From the NCBI GenBank assembly GCA_964016885.1, contig OZ024743.1:292702001-292766000 (forward strand): 64,000 bases of DNA, read 5' to 3'. The notes below the pieces were generated by a model. The model did no database searches. It was not told where the DNA came from and saw only the letters and a program-made list of their open reading frames with translations. Positions 14,679-27,560 of the stretch are shown one piece after another; position 1 is the stretch's first letter, and each line of letters starts with the position of its first letter. Position numbers and translations under genes: made by a program. Origin of the DNA: Eledone cirrhosa (Eukaryota).

Positions 14679-14707
14679 TTATTTATTTATTTATTTATTA
14701 TTACTAT

Positions 14708-14739
<32 letters not shown>

Positions 14740-14741
14740 TT

Positions 14742-14985
14742 TAAAAGAATAGAGGTGTAACACACGAGTTGTGATATATTGGTAAAAGGAAAAGAAAATG
14801 CTGACAAATTGTTCCCAGTGAAAAATAGTTTAATTAGGAATAAGTAAAAATTAGTAATAAGTATTGGTTAGTATTCAGTTTTGGTTTTAAGTTTTTACCG
14901 GTTGCGCATTTCTAACGCTTTTCAAAAAATAATTTTGAGATAGAGCGCCCGTGATGTTTGCTCTAATTAGAGCAAACATCACGGG
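14742..14985 (-). mobile_element. Neptune pseudo-LTR 3' fragment (diverged)
   Basis: Matches 18472-18710. It ends in the short palindrome ccgtgatgtttgctctaattagagcaaacatcacgg. Confidence 0.85.
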
Positions 14986-15867
14986 TTAATGAGATTTGGG
15001 CTTAAATTTAATATTTGTAATATTTAATTTATTAATATATATTGTCCTTTCATTGAGCTGCCTCCGTATTTAATTCATAAAGTTGTAAATTAAGTATATA
15101 TGTGTGTGTGTGGAGGGAAGGGGGGGTGCGCGTGTGTGTGTGTTTGTGTTTATATGTATGCGTATTTATATGCATATGTAGAACAACCTGTATATATATA
15201 TATATGTATATGATATAAACTGTATTAGAGACGGTTCACTTTGTAGTATTATATATTAATATGGCATTCTTTTGAACTGATTTAGATGGGTTTAGGACTG
15301 CTATTTCTAGCGTCGATATAAGCCCGTTGTATTGCCCGATACGAGTAGAAAATGTTCATACAGTATTTTAAAGTTTCGCCATGCTGCTGTACCAGGTGGT
15401 TTATAAGCAGAATGATTATATGATATATATTTAGCTAGTCCCTTTGGGTATATTCATACGGCAATTCAATACAAAACCTTGATCTCATATATGATCTAAC
15501 AGTGAATTGGTATGTATGACAATTTTTCTACTTGTCCCCTATTCTCATGAAGAATTCGCCTCCTGATGATAAAAAGTTAATTCTTCCAGCATTGGTTATT
15601 CTAGTGTCTTGAAATTCCAATTGCTGTATATTTGAGTATTTGAAACCTTGGTTGCGCATTATATGAGTTAAAATTGGCTTCTTTGAGCCAATTTGAATTA
15701 TGTCCCTCCCAAAAAAAAGAGAGATTTGTGTGTTTGTTTCTGTGTGTGTGTATGTGTGTGTGTGGGGGGGGTGTATGTGGCTGTGTGCATGCGTGTGTGT
15801 GTGTGTGTGTGTACTATAAAGAAGAGAGCCGGTTCTAAGTGTTCATACTTTGTTTACAATATAATCC

Positions 15868-15920
<53 letters not shown>

Positions 15921-16221
15921 TATGTATGTTCATGGCGTATATATTTATGACTAACATTATTTCATTTAAGCATCTTCATATTTTTACACTTCAGGTTTTC
16001 CAATTAAAATTATTTTAAAACCTGTTTCCAGCTAGAAATATAATGTCCATTGAATATATTAAACACACCTTAAATAACAACAACTCCTCACTCTATTATA
16101 AGCACTTTCGTTCAAATTGCTCATTTTCAAATTAACACCCTTTTACACCCTATCCCGCAAACCTTATGACACTATGTATACAGATGTGGGGGCGCATGTG
16201 TGTGTGTATGTATGTGTGTAT

Positions 16222-16275
<54 letters not shown>

Positions 16276-16326
16276 ACATACAAACACACACACACACACA
16301 GAAACACACACACACCACACACACAA

Positions 16327-16392
<66 letters not shown>

Positions 16393-16889
16393 TGAAGATA
16401 TATACATATATACACAAGCATAGACATATATATGAGGGCGTCCAGCCGATACCAATTTTGCTCAATGAAGGAATTAATAAGAATCAATTCTTCAAAGCTT
16501 AATCATAATTATATTTAGGAAACGTAAATAAGAGGAATAAATATATACTTATATACTTAGAGAGTCCCTACTGTAGTTTCATTGAGTAAAACTCAGCAAC
16601 GAGTGCTGTGAAAAAACATTTTCAAATAAGAAAGGATTCAACTAGGTTATCCACTACAAGCGATAATTTAGAACGGGAGTAATATCACGTGATTAGCGTG
16701 CTGCAGAGTGGCAAAATATAATAGTTCGATTCGGTCAAAATGCTTTACTAGACCGTAATGGAGTAATTAACAAATATACTGAAGATATAAACATATATAC
16801 ACAAGTATAGTCATACATATGCAAATAAGACAAAGAGATATTTACCTCTTTACTTAGAGCGTCCCAATAAAAATAGGGATGCTCTAAAT

Positions 16890-17075
16890 CAGGCATGTCA
16901 AACTGAGGGACCCCGAGAGCTACATGGGTCACATATGTGTTGTCTGAGGGCCAAACATGACAACTAATATTTTTTATTATATATTACGCTCGCGCTGTAA
17001 AAACCATTAGGCGTTCCGCAGGTGTGCTTGTAAAAGGCCACACGAGGCCCGCCGGCCGCATCTTTGACATGCCTG
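16890..17075. mobile_element. hAT (Charlie-like) MITE
   Basis: Perfect 13-bp TIR CAGGCATGTCAAA/TTTGACATGCCTG and a perfect 8-bp TSD CTCTAAAT (16882-16889, 17076-17083). Confidence 0.92.
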
Positions 17076-17506
17076 CTCTAAATAACATTTATCCCTTAGC
17101 CAAATTTGGTTTCAGATATATTAACAGGGGTGGTGGGGGCATTTCTAAAAGTTGGGTGTACATTTGGACAATTTAGTTGTAGTGATCAGTTTAGCTCTTT
17201 GCACTCTAAAGTGGTCAGAAAACTTCGATATGCGATAAACATAACATGTACATAAACTGCAGTGCATATCCAAATAGATGGTAGCTTGGGGAGAAAATAT
17301 AATTATTGGAGGGGCATGCCATCCCCAGTTCCACTGCCACTGTATTTATATAATAAGAAAAAATCATGCTCTGTGCCCTTTCCTAAGGGGTTAATATATA
17401 GAGGTTCTTCGAATTTGGTAAGAAACTGATATTATATCCAATGTATTCATTTCCTATATATATATATATATATATAATTTATATATATATATATATACAC
17501 ATATAT

Positions 17507-17648
17507 ATAGGAAAAGGTATGACCGTCTAAACGGCTTGAGCTCTGCCGTCGGGGTCATACCTTTTCCTATTACCCACTCTACTACCCTAAGTATTGAGTA
17601 CTCTGGTGTGTTATTGTTTATCTGGTACCTTACCACAATTCTTTCGTT
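17507..17648 (+). mobile_element. Minimal PLE-type fold-back element with the 3' half of an HHR
   Basis: 18-bp inverted arms ataggaaaaggtatgacc/ggtcataccttttcctat surround (t)AAACGGC..GCCGTC. Same family as 59101-59274. Confidence 0.7.
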
Positions 17649-17650
17649 AT

Positions 17651-17709
<59 letters not shown>

Positions 17710-17716
<7 letters not shown>

Positions 17717-18430
17717 GAAACACACAGATACATGCAGACACACACATATATACATGAATGCATCCGCACCCAACTGTGAGTTAAGGGTGCCAACTTCACC
17801 GATGTTGCTCAATGAATGAATGTTTCTTCTCTCTTCATTATGTATTTTTAACTCTGATACTGGTTCAGTCTAGTTCAAACTGAATTGGCCTGTCCCAGTC
17901 ATTCATTGAGCAACATCGGTGAAGTTGGCACCCTTAACTCACAGTTGGGTGCGGATGTATTCATGTATATATGTGTGTGTCTGCATGTATCTGTGTGTTT
18001 CTAAATATATTAATAACTCCCTCTGGTCGAGCAATCTTTGAAGTGTGGGGACAACTGGAAAGCTTCCATTACTCATACTTCTCGCCTTCTTCACTACCTC
18101 TTCTACGGCCTCGATATGAATACCCCCTCCGCCTCCGTGGTATTTTCTTCGTGGTTATAAGAGGCTTAGCTCTGTTTCTCGACCGTTATATCGCGTGACT
18201 ATCTCCCCCTCCGCCTTTTGGGATTCTTTCTCACGTCGTGTAGACGCGTTCTTGAGACTAGTAAAATGAGGTATCCTCTTGATAAGTCGGCAGACCTCGC
18301 AAGGACTCTATATCTTTGATATATTGTTTTTGTTTATGCCACGAAACTACGTAGTCGAGGAATTTAGGAACAGTTTAGGTATGATACATTTTATTACTAA
18401 TTATATCTAAATGTTTCTTCTCTCTTCATA

Positions 18431-18436
<6 letters not shown>
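17710..18436 (+). mobile_element. Non-coding HHR retroelement (retrozyme-like) with inverted 5' arm and terminal redundancy
   Basis: Inverted arms 17710-17819 and 17899-18009, a 27-nt direct repeat (17819-17845 ~ 18410-18436), an HHR at 18274-18361, and (TA)n flanks. Confidence 0.75.
18274..18361 (+). ncRNA. Type I hammerhead ribozyme, U3:A8 core variant
   Basis: tcctc-TTGATAA-gt(c)ggca...tgccac-GAAA-ctacgtag-TC-gagga, with a palindromic stem III and GUC triplet. Confidence 0.8.
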
Positions 18437-18471
<35 letters not shown>

Positions 18472-18475
<4 letters not shown>

Positions 18476-18898
18476 AAAGAATAGAGGTGTAACACACAAG
18501 TTATTATATATTGGTAAACGGAATAGAAAATGCTGACAAATTGTTCACAGTTGAAAAATGGTTTAATTAGGAATAAAAGAGTATTAGTGATTGTATGGGT
18601 TAGTATTCAGTTGTGGTTTTAAGTTTTTAAGTTTTTACCGGTTGCGCATTTCTAAATGCTTTTCAAAAATAATTTTGAGATAGAGTGTCCGTGCTGTTTG
18701 CTCTGATCAGAGCAAACAGCACGGACACTCTATCTCAAAATTATTTTTGAAAAGCATTTAGAAATGCGCAACCGGTAAAAACTTAAAAACTTAAAACCAC
18801 AACTGAATACTAACCCATACAATCACTAATACTCTTTTATTCCTAATTAAACCATTTTTCAACTGTGAACAATTTGTCAGCATTTTCTATTCCGTTTA

Positions 18899-18903
<5 letters not shown>
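18472..18903. mobile_element. Neptune pseudo-LTR-only fold-back element
   Basis: Perfect palindrome centred at ~18706 (gctctgatcagagc) with ~197-bp arms. The left arm has an extra ~38-nt terminal tail. (TA)n lies on both sides. Confidence 0.92.
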
Positions 18904-18981
<78 letters not shown>

Positions 18982-19029
18982 GACGTACAATAAGAAAATT
19001 ATAATAATGAATTTACTTACTTAAGTTTC

Positions 19030-19107
19030 ACTCCAACTAATTAGTTTCTGAAAGGGGATATACATAGTGTTCAAAACCATGGAGAATTCCTTTCTTCATC
19101 AGGGAAT
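19030..19107 (-). ncRNA. Type I hammerhead ribozyme
   Basis: attcc-CTGATGA-agaaagg...cctttca-GAAA-ctaattag-TT-ggagt. The element's 3' end abuts (TA)n at ~18977. Confidence 0.75.
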
Positions 19108-19489
19108 CAATTCTCGGCTAAGATCCCTGGCGATAGGCGGACACAGGGATCTCAAACAAAAATAATTCAGTGAATGGAAAAGAAGCAAGCGCGGACTAAA
19201 TTTCAAGACGCTGAAGATTTCACTACCTTACGGGCAGTGGCAAATTCAAAAGAATCAATCACGTGACATCGAGGTTAATCAGTGAGGAGTGGGGTGTTAA
19301 AAAGAGAGTAGCCAAAATATTACTATGAATCATAGTAGTAATTCAGGCAAATTTTTGCTCAACAAATAATTTGGAGATAATTATAAAGAATTAGTATATC
19401 TACCAACATATTTATACAGAAGTATACTTATGCTAGCAAGATATGGGTTTTGTCTTAGTAACTTTGTGGTTCAATACAAACATGTAGAA

Positions 19490-20082
19490 CCTCGCTATAT
19501 CAGTTAACACTAAACTCTCTCCCTCTCTATATCTACTACAAGGAACTATCTTCCAATCCCTCCCCCTATATCAGTTAACACTAAATTCTCTCCCTCTCTA
19601 TATCTACTACACGGAACTATCTTCCAATCCCTCTCCCTATATCAATATACGTCAATCTCTCCCCCTCTTTATATCTAATATAAAACACACTCTCCCAAAC
19701 CCCCTCACTATACCAATCACCGTCAAACTATCCCCCTCTGTATATCTACCATACAACACTCTCTCTCAGCCCCTCTCACGCTATCCATCACTACCACCCA
19801 CCCACCCTTTATCTACCATACTACACTTTCTCTCATTCCCTCTCACGCTATTCATTACCACCAAACTCCCTCCTCTCTTCATCAACCATAAAACATACTC
19901 TCCCAATCCCCCTCTCTATATCAATTAACATCAAACTCTCTCCCTCTCTATATCTACTACACGGAACTCTCTTCCAAGACCCCTCTCTATATCAATAAAC
20001 ATTAAGCTCTCTCCCTCTCTATATATAATATACAAAACACTCTCTCAACCCCCCCCCCCCACCTCTCTATATCAATTACCAC
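19490..20082 (+). repeat. ~71-bp CT-rich minisatellite, left part
   Basis: Units start at 19497, 19568 and 19639 (atatcagttaacactaaa.tctctccctctctatatctactac...). Confidence 0.85.
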
Positions 20083-20283
20083 TTGATATAGACGTGAATT
20101 ATTTCGCTCCGGACTTTTACGGATTATTGTCAAAAAAACTGTGAGTTCATTGATCAATTTAATAGCATTGTTTAGTTTAACCCCTTGCCTGGGCCTTCAA
20201 ACGTTAAGTCAACTACTTTTCGCCCATTTCTGGGGCGAAATTTTCATTTTCATCTCAAAACTGTGTAGACTTGGTAGTCAGCA

Positions 20284-22093
20284 ATGGATGCCATTTCCAC
20301 CTCGCACACTGTCGTGAGTGCCACGCCCACTAAGAAAAGTGATGGAGGGAAGGTAGGAGTACAAAACTTGCAGCCTTCCCCCCTCGCATTATCGAAAAAC
20401 GTTGAAAATATTGAAACCACGAAATAAAACCCGGTAAATAATACCAGCACCAACAACAAGAACAATGACAATAACACCACAACCAACAACTGCAACAATA
20501 GCAACACCAAGGAAAACATGAACAATATTACCAACAGTGACAACAACAGCAGCAACAAAAAAGACAACAACACTAAAACAACATTTGCACAGACTGTAAA
20601 AAAAACGCCAATAGACATAACGATCGCTAAACAACTATTACAAGACGCAAAACATTTCGTGACTTTTGGCGAAAACGGTGCTTTTAGCATCAATTCTCCA
20701 CAGGAATTACGTAGAGAGGCTGTCCTGAAAACTGTGGTTTTCAGGACAATATCCAACGAAACAAGAAAACCAGCTCAATTATCACAAAATGAAAATTGAG
20801 CTGGTTCTAAAAGATGCAATAAAGGACATAACCTTCCTACAAAAAGGTAAACTGTCTGGTAGCATTTCGGTGCTAATGAACAACCAGTCAACAGCACAAA
20901 GGTACTCGGTATCACCCATTGTGTCCCCCCGCTTCACCTTTTTCCCCACATACAGGGGGAAAAGGACACAAAGAATAAAAATAATGAGTATCACACCAAA
21001 TGTAAATATTTGGTGGATACTATGTGGAATCATTGACTTTGATGAAGACAAGATAATTTCAATAAGAAAGTCCTCCGAGGGTGTATTTGGTGGGATCAGC
21101 GTAGAAGTTCTGGTGCAAATGAGCCTAGAACGAATAGCGAATATCCCACAACGCGTGCCTCTGGACGGGCTAACTTATATAAACATTTCAGTGGAGGGAA
21201 GGCGGCCGTCATGTTACCACTGCTTAAGCAGGGGTCACCTGAGGGCTGCCTGTCCTCAATTAACGAGTAAAAAAAAAAGGCTCTTCTGCCAACCCCGAAC
21301 ACAATAACACAACCACCACCACCACCACCACCACCACCACAACAACAACAACAACAACCACAATAACACGGAAAAATAACAACACAAAACACTGTTCCAC
21401 CCAACCCCTCCCCACCTAAAACAAATACAAAAGCAACCACAACAAAACCCCAAAATATACCCCTCCCCAACCACACGGAAGAGGACTCCGTATAAACGTC
21501 ACCCAGTAACGACGAGGGAGAGCCCTTTCAACAGGTGAAAAGGAAAAAAAAAGGCATCACATTAACAAAAATGCTACAAACACACAACCACCAGCACAAA
21601 CAGAACAAACATCACAAACAAAAAACCCACACCTCCTCAAAACATAACACATACTACAAAACGCAAACACGCACAAGAACAACAAACAAAAACAAACACA
21701 ACGCAACAAAAACTCTATACATACATTAACAAGAACAATAAAACGTTGATGAAAGCAATAGAAAATAAACCTTCGGTGGAAACCGAAGGGATCACTTTCA
21801 CCTACGCAGCGAACAAACCGCACCGAATGATGATTAGGGTCCCAACGGAAACCTATGTAACTTTGAAAAAGAGCCATCCAATGCATGTGGGGACCAACTA
21901 CACCAAACCACTTAACCACGTCCTATTGAGATGTTTCGTCACCCCCACACCAGACACCCACGCCCCACCAAACACCATAATCCCGCCACACACTGATGTC
22001 CTCACCCCACCACAAACCACCACCCCACCAAACAACCCTTCCAACACCCCCATGGAAATTGTGCAGCCTGGTCCCCAGGAGACGAAGAGGTAA
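20284..22093 (+). pseudogene. LINE ORF1 (gag-like, CCHC zinc knuckle), disrupted
   Basis: ATG at 20284, then segments 20518-20799, 20789-21307 (CYHCLSRGHLRAAC) and 21746-22093 separated by stops and frameshifts. Confidence 0.8.
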
Positions 22094-22135
22094 GTAAATT
22101 CCTTTCCTCTTCCTTTTTAACTCTTCAGCACCAAC

Positions 22136-25100
22136 ATGGCCAATATAAGAGGTGGATGTGTGAATGCACGCGGCCTGGGAATGTCCTGGAAACAGGGCAA
22201 ACTCTTAAATGACCTCAGGTCGCACAGAGTCGATGTAATGGTTATTTGCGAGTCCAGGATCAACACCGAGCGCCAACTGACCCCCATCTTCGACGACTTT
22301 GAGATCTACGCATCTCTCTAACAGCCGAGGGGTGGGGGTGGGGTTGTCCTTCTGCTGCGAAAATACCTGGGTCTTGCCACACAGAAGGTACACCTGGACC
22401 CGGAGGGTCGACTGGTGGTTTTAGACGTCGGCAGTGGTGAAGGTGGAGCTTTCAGGCTGGTGGCAGCGTATGCCCCATCTGGGACACCGCGACAGGACTT
22501 CTTCCAAGGCCTGGAGAATTTCCTGGTAACGTCTCGCTCTTTGCTTTTAGTGGGGGACTGGAATGGTATCCTGGATGCAGGTTGGGACTATGTAGGGGCA
22601 TGTCCCGATAGAGGGGGGTGTAACAGCCTCAAACGATTAATCGGCCGATTTGATCTGGCCGATAGATATCGACTAGATTTTCCGACTGTGCCACTGTGGA
22701 CGTGGACTAATTCCAGCGGAACATCTAGGTCGTACCTAGATAGGTTCCTAATTAGAAATAAGGATAGGGACATATTAAGCTGTCCAGGAATGTTCATGGT
22801 TGACTATTCGGATCACAAGTTGGTGATCGGAGTGGTCAACCTTGATAGAACTCATCGACAGGGACCCGGTTACTGGAAGATAAACTTGTCTTTACCGACA
22901 AACAAAGCTTTCAGTAAGCGGATTAGCACACTAGTTAAGCAGCGCTTGGAGGGGGCAATTGTGAACAGCAGGTGGTGGGCTCTCTCAAGAGAGAAATTAG
23001 AATAGAATCGATAGGTTTTAGTCGGGAATTAGCTTCAGATAGAAATAGAACTGAAAGGGAATTAACAAATAGAGTAGAAGAGGCGATTAGGAGTGGCAAC
23101 GTGACCGGCGTGCTGGCGTCAAGAACGGCCCTAAACCAGTTCTTAGATGCGAAGCACAAGGGCTGCGTTGTCAGGAGTAAAATACGTGCTCTGAGTAACA
23201 AGGGAGCCAAAGCTGTTAGCTGGGCCCGAGTGACAGAGGCAAAAAGTGGAAACAAGTCCATGATTCGGTCTTTGAAGGACCAGGATGGACGCGTTATCCT
23301 TGAACCTGAAAGGATGAGCGCGGCCTTTCAACGGCGCTTTGCACGACTGTTCGGAAGGGTCGGCGGACCGGGTGGGGCCATGGATTTCGGTCCATAACTC
23401 GACGGTCTGGCGCGGCTCTCGGACGGGGAGGCGAAGTCCTGCGAGAGGCCGATTTCAGCCGCTGAAATAGGAGAAGTGCTGAGCCAATGCAGCAAACGTA
23501 AATCTCCGGGTCTCGATGGTCTACCATACGAACTTTATGTAGCGATGCCGGGCTTGTTCTCCGGTCTCCTCGAGGCGGTCTACTGCAACTGGCAACGGAA
23601 CGGGAGAATTCCCAGTTCTGTGACCAAGGGCGTAGTCACGCTGGTGAGGAAGGACGAGAACAAGGGGGATGACATAGATAACTTCCGGCCCATAACTCTG
23701 CTAAACACAGAGTTAAAGATTTTGGCCAAGGTGTTAGCGAAGAGGTTGGCGCTGGTGGGAGAAGCACAGACATGCGCAATACCGTCCAGGTCCATACACG
23801 ACAACCTCCAGCTCATGCGATACATCGTAGAGAGGGTAGGGAACGAACCCGGCTTTGGTGGGTCCCTGATCAACTTGTATCAATCTAAGGTGTTCGATAG
23901 GGTTGACCATAGGTATCTGGATGCGGTGCTCGCGGCGGCAGGCTTCGGACCCGTTTTCAGGAGCTGGATTGCTGCAATGCACAGCAGTAACACCTGCTCG
24001 AGGGTCAAGGTGAACGGCTACCTCTCGGAGCCGTTACAAATGACGCGATCCATCCGACAGGGATTCCCTCTCTCCTTCCTCCTGTATGTGCTGGCTCTCG
24101 ACCCACTGCTGCGGAAGCTGGAGCTGTTGCAGTGCATCCCCTTGGAACCGGGATTGCGGAAAGCGGTGTAGGCCTACGCCGATGACGTGACAGTAATGGT
24201 GTCGTGCGCCTCGGAAATCGGGCAGATCGGCACCTTACTGGAGGAATATGAAAGGTTCAGAGGAGCCAAGCTGAACCGGGACAAGTCCGTCGGTTTGCAA
24301 CTCGGGACGTGGAGGGGCATCGTCGGACGCTGTACGGAGGGACCGGTGAAGCTGCTCGGGGTCTGGTTCGGACCGGACCTCCAGGCGGAGAAAAACTGGG
24401 ACGAGGTAACGGGCAAGGTGTTTGCACTCGCCCAGAGGTGGGCCGAGTGCAAACTATCCCTGAAAGGTCGAGCGGAGGTGGCGAACGCTTATATAGAGTC
24501 CGTCATCTACTACCGCTTGACCGTTGTGCCTTGCCCAGAGAAAACACTCGCCAAAATGGTGTGCACGCACTTCCGATTTCTTTGGAAGAAGCGGGCTCCT
24601 CTGGTGAGAATATCCATCTGCTGTCAACACCCTTCGAACGGAGGGCTGGGGTTGCCGTGGCTGACGATGCGTAGACACGCATTAAGGCTACGGCACCTCC
24701 AGGTATTCCTCACCGGTCAGGCGGTGTGGGCCCTGTTTGTGAGGCGAGCCTTTCCGAGACTCGTCTCACTCACCGAGCTGCAATCCTGGGTCAAGCAAAG
24801 ACCGAGAAAAGTGGGCGACTGGCACATTGAATGTGCCCAGGCGCTCACGGCCCTCTGGCAAGCGGATCCGGCAATCAGTGGAGACTCAACCTCAACATTC
24901 TATAGAGGGTTGGTGCGCAGTAAGTGCGACGACGCTCTCGGAGAGGCTCTGGGCATGGAGGAAGATGAGCTGGCCAGTCTGTTGGGTAGGACGTTTGGCC
25001 CGGGACCGATGGACAACTTTCAAACGTCCCTGGCTTGGCAATGTTACCGAGGAGCTCTACCCGTTCGGGACAAGCTCTACAGACACGGGCCCCCGGGTAG

Positions 25101-25536
25101 GGACACCTCGAAGAAGATCTGTCCGAGATGCGTGCGTGACGAGGAAACCGTCGCACACGCATTCGTACACTGGCCGGGCGTTGCTGACCTGTGGGGCTAT
25201 GTGGAACGACTACTGTCGCGGGTGGGACCAATCCGGTTGACCACCGAGAACATTGTCACGATCAAACCGCCTCCCCCTTTCAAAAACGAAGGAGAGGTGG
25301 TTTTCCTCTGTGTGATAGCTATGGCGAAAGAAGTTGTATGGTGGACAAGGTTGAAAGGGCTGAGGTCAGACACCTTTCTCTCCGGCCAACAACTGGTATT
25401 TTTTTTCAAGTACCACTTTAGAAGAAGGATCAGAATGGAGAGAGAGGTGCTCTACCCCAACAAGTTTTATGAAAGGTGGGTGAAAGTAGCGAGAATGGCC
25501 CGAGTGAATGGGCCTTCTCTCTATATCAGCCTGTAA
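22136..25536 (+). pseudogene. LINE ORF2 (AP endonuclease + reverse transcriptase + C-terminal Cys/His motif), disrupted
   Basis: APE motifs: VNARG, ICESR, GDWN, YLDRFL, SDH. RT motifs: SPGLDG, FRPITLLN, FDRVDH, IRQGFPLS, and YADD (tacgccgatgac ~24175). C-terminal CPRC...ETVAHAF. Several frameshifts and stops. Confidence 0.93.
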
Positions 25537-25775
25537 GTGAGAGAGGAGAAGAATGAGAAGAGGAAGGAAGCTCCCGCTCTTTGTGCTCCTGAAGAGGAGG
25601 GTTGCACATTTTTTCGGGGTTGTGTGCGACCCATGTCAACGCCCCTCCCTATTGAGGACATCGATTGTTAAATTTAATTTGTTATATGTTTTTTCCACGT
25701 CTTTTTAAATGTATGTAAACTCCCCCTTTGTATTTGTCCCAATCTTTGATGCCCTGGTGGCAAATAAATAGAAAT

Positions 25776-26235
25776 GTATATCTACCATACAATACTCTCT
25801 CTCATTCCCTCTCACTCTATCCATCACTACCAAACACTCCCCTCTCTATATATCTATCAATACCTATCTCTATCAATCCTCTTATTCTATTCATATCCAC
25901 CAAACTCTCCCCTCTCTCTACTTCAACCATACAACACTCTCCCAAACCTCTCTATATCAATTAAACCCAAACTTTCCCCCTCTCTATATCTACTATACTG
26001 TACAATCTTCCAATCCTTCTCTCTATAGTAATTAACGGCAAACTCAGCCCTTCTTTATATCTACTACACGGAACTCTCTTAAAATTCCTCTCTCTATATC
26101 AATAAACGTAAATCTATCCCCCTTTATATATCTAATATACAACACACTCTCCCAACCTTCCTCTCTATATCAATTATCACCGAACTCTCCCCCTCTCTAC
26201 ATCCCCTGTCTATATCTACATCTCCCATCTGTCTC
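25776..26235 (+). repeat. ~71-bp CT-rich minisatellite, right part
   Basis: The same unit as 19490-20082 resumes immediately after the LINE 3' end. Confidence 0.85.
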
Positions 26236-26679
26236 TACATAACATGTATATAAATTGTAACGCATATGCAAATAGATGTGTTTTGGTAGTTTGGGGAGAA
26301 AAGTATAATTATCGGGGGTCATGACCCCACTGCCCTTTATTAGTATTGAGTGTCTGTTCAACTGTCCATTATGCTAGTAATTCATTACTAATATCTATTT
26401 TTATGTTTGTTTATTTTTGTCTTAATTTTGCAAATATAATAGTATCAAGTAGTGCTTTTGTGGGGGTGTCCGAACATTTGACCAGAGAAGGGTAATCTTT
26501 TTTTAAAAACTACCCTTGGTCTGTGCTCAAATGCGGAAAAAATGTTATAAAGTTTATTGTTAATAAATTTTGAAATTGATATTATCTGGGGCAGGCGGTT
26601 GGGGGGGGGGGATCTAACTTTGCCTACGATGCCAGATAGTCTGGCGCCGGCCCTGAGCACAACTACCATCTAAACTGAT

Positions 26680-26723
<44 letters not shown>

Positions 26724-27020
26724 AAATTAAGATAAATTAAATGAATTTAATCTAAATCAAAATGATGGGTGTCATTGTAAAAATTACTTCCTGTGATTAT
26801 TCATGTTTATATATACGTTAATCAATTTCTAGTCATTATTATTATTATATATATATATATTATTTAAAACTAAGATGACCGGAAGTATATCAACAGGAGT
26901 TACCTCTGAAATACCTCCTGCTATTCTGGATATAAAATAAAACCATATTCGAGCAATCAATAAATATATGAACGCCTTATCAATTCATAGACCTCTCTCT
27001 CTCTATGTCTATATATATAT

Positions 27021-27092
<72 letters not shown>

Positions 27093-27438
27093 GTCCAACC
27101 AACGAAATTTTGATTCCAAAGTTGGCCCAGATCAATACAGATCGAACCTTGAACTGATCAATAGCGAAACGCGCGTCACTAGTCAATGAACGTGATGAAG
27201 ACATAACAAATCGTCCTTTTATTATATATATATATATATATATTTATTTATATATGTGTGTGTGTATGCGTGTGTACTTATATATACATGTATGTGTGTG
27301 TGCGCGTGCGTGCATTGCATATATGTGTGTGTTATTCAGAAATATTTTCCATCGAAAGTTGAAACTCACTACGTCTTTTTTCTTCGAAAATAATAAAATC
27401 ATACATACACACACACATATATATGTATACATATATAC

Positions 27439-27560
<122 letters not shown>

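Larger units (their letters stand above)
20093..25775 (+). mobile_element. L1/Tx1-like LINE, near full length, decayed
   Basis: ORF1 with a zinc knuckle, ORF2 with APE-RT-zinc finger, and a 3' UTR with AATAAA at ~25763. GC-richer than its flanks. Confidence 0.92.

Noticed and set aside
19490-20082. Regularly spaced repeats suggesting a CRISPR array
   Set aside because: Eukaryotic context, no unique spacers and no cas genes. It is a minisatellite.
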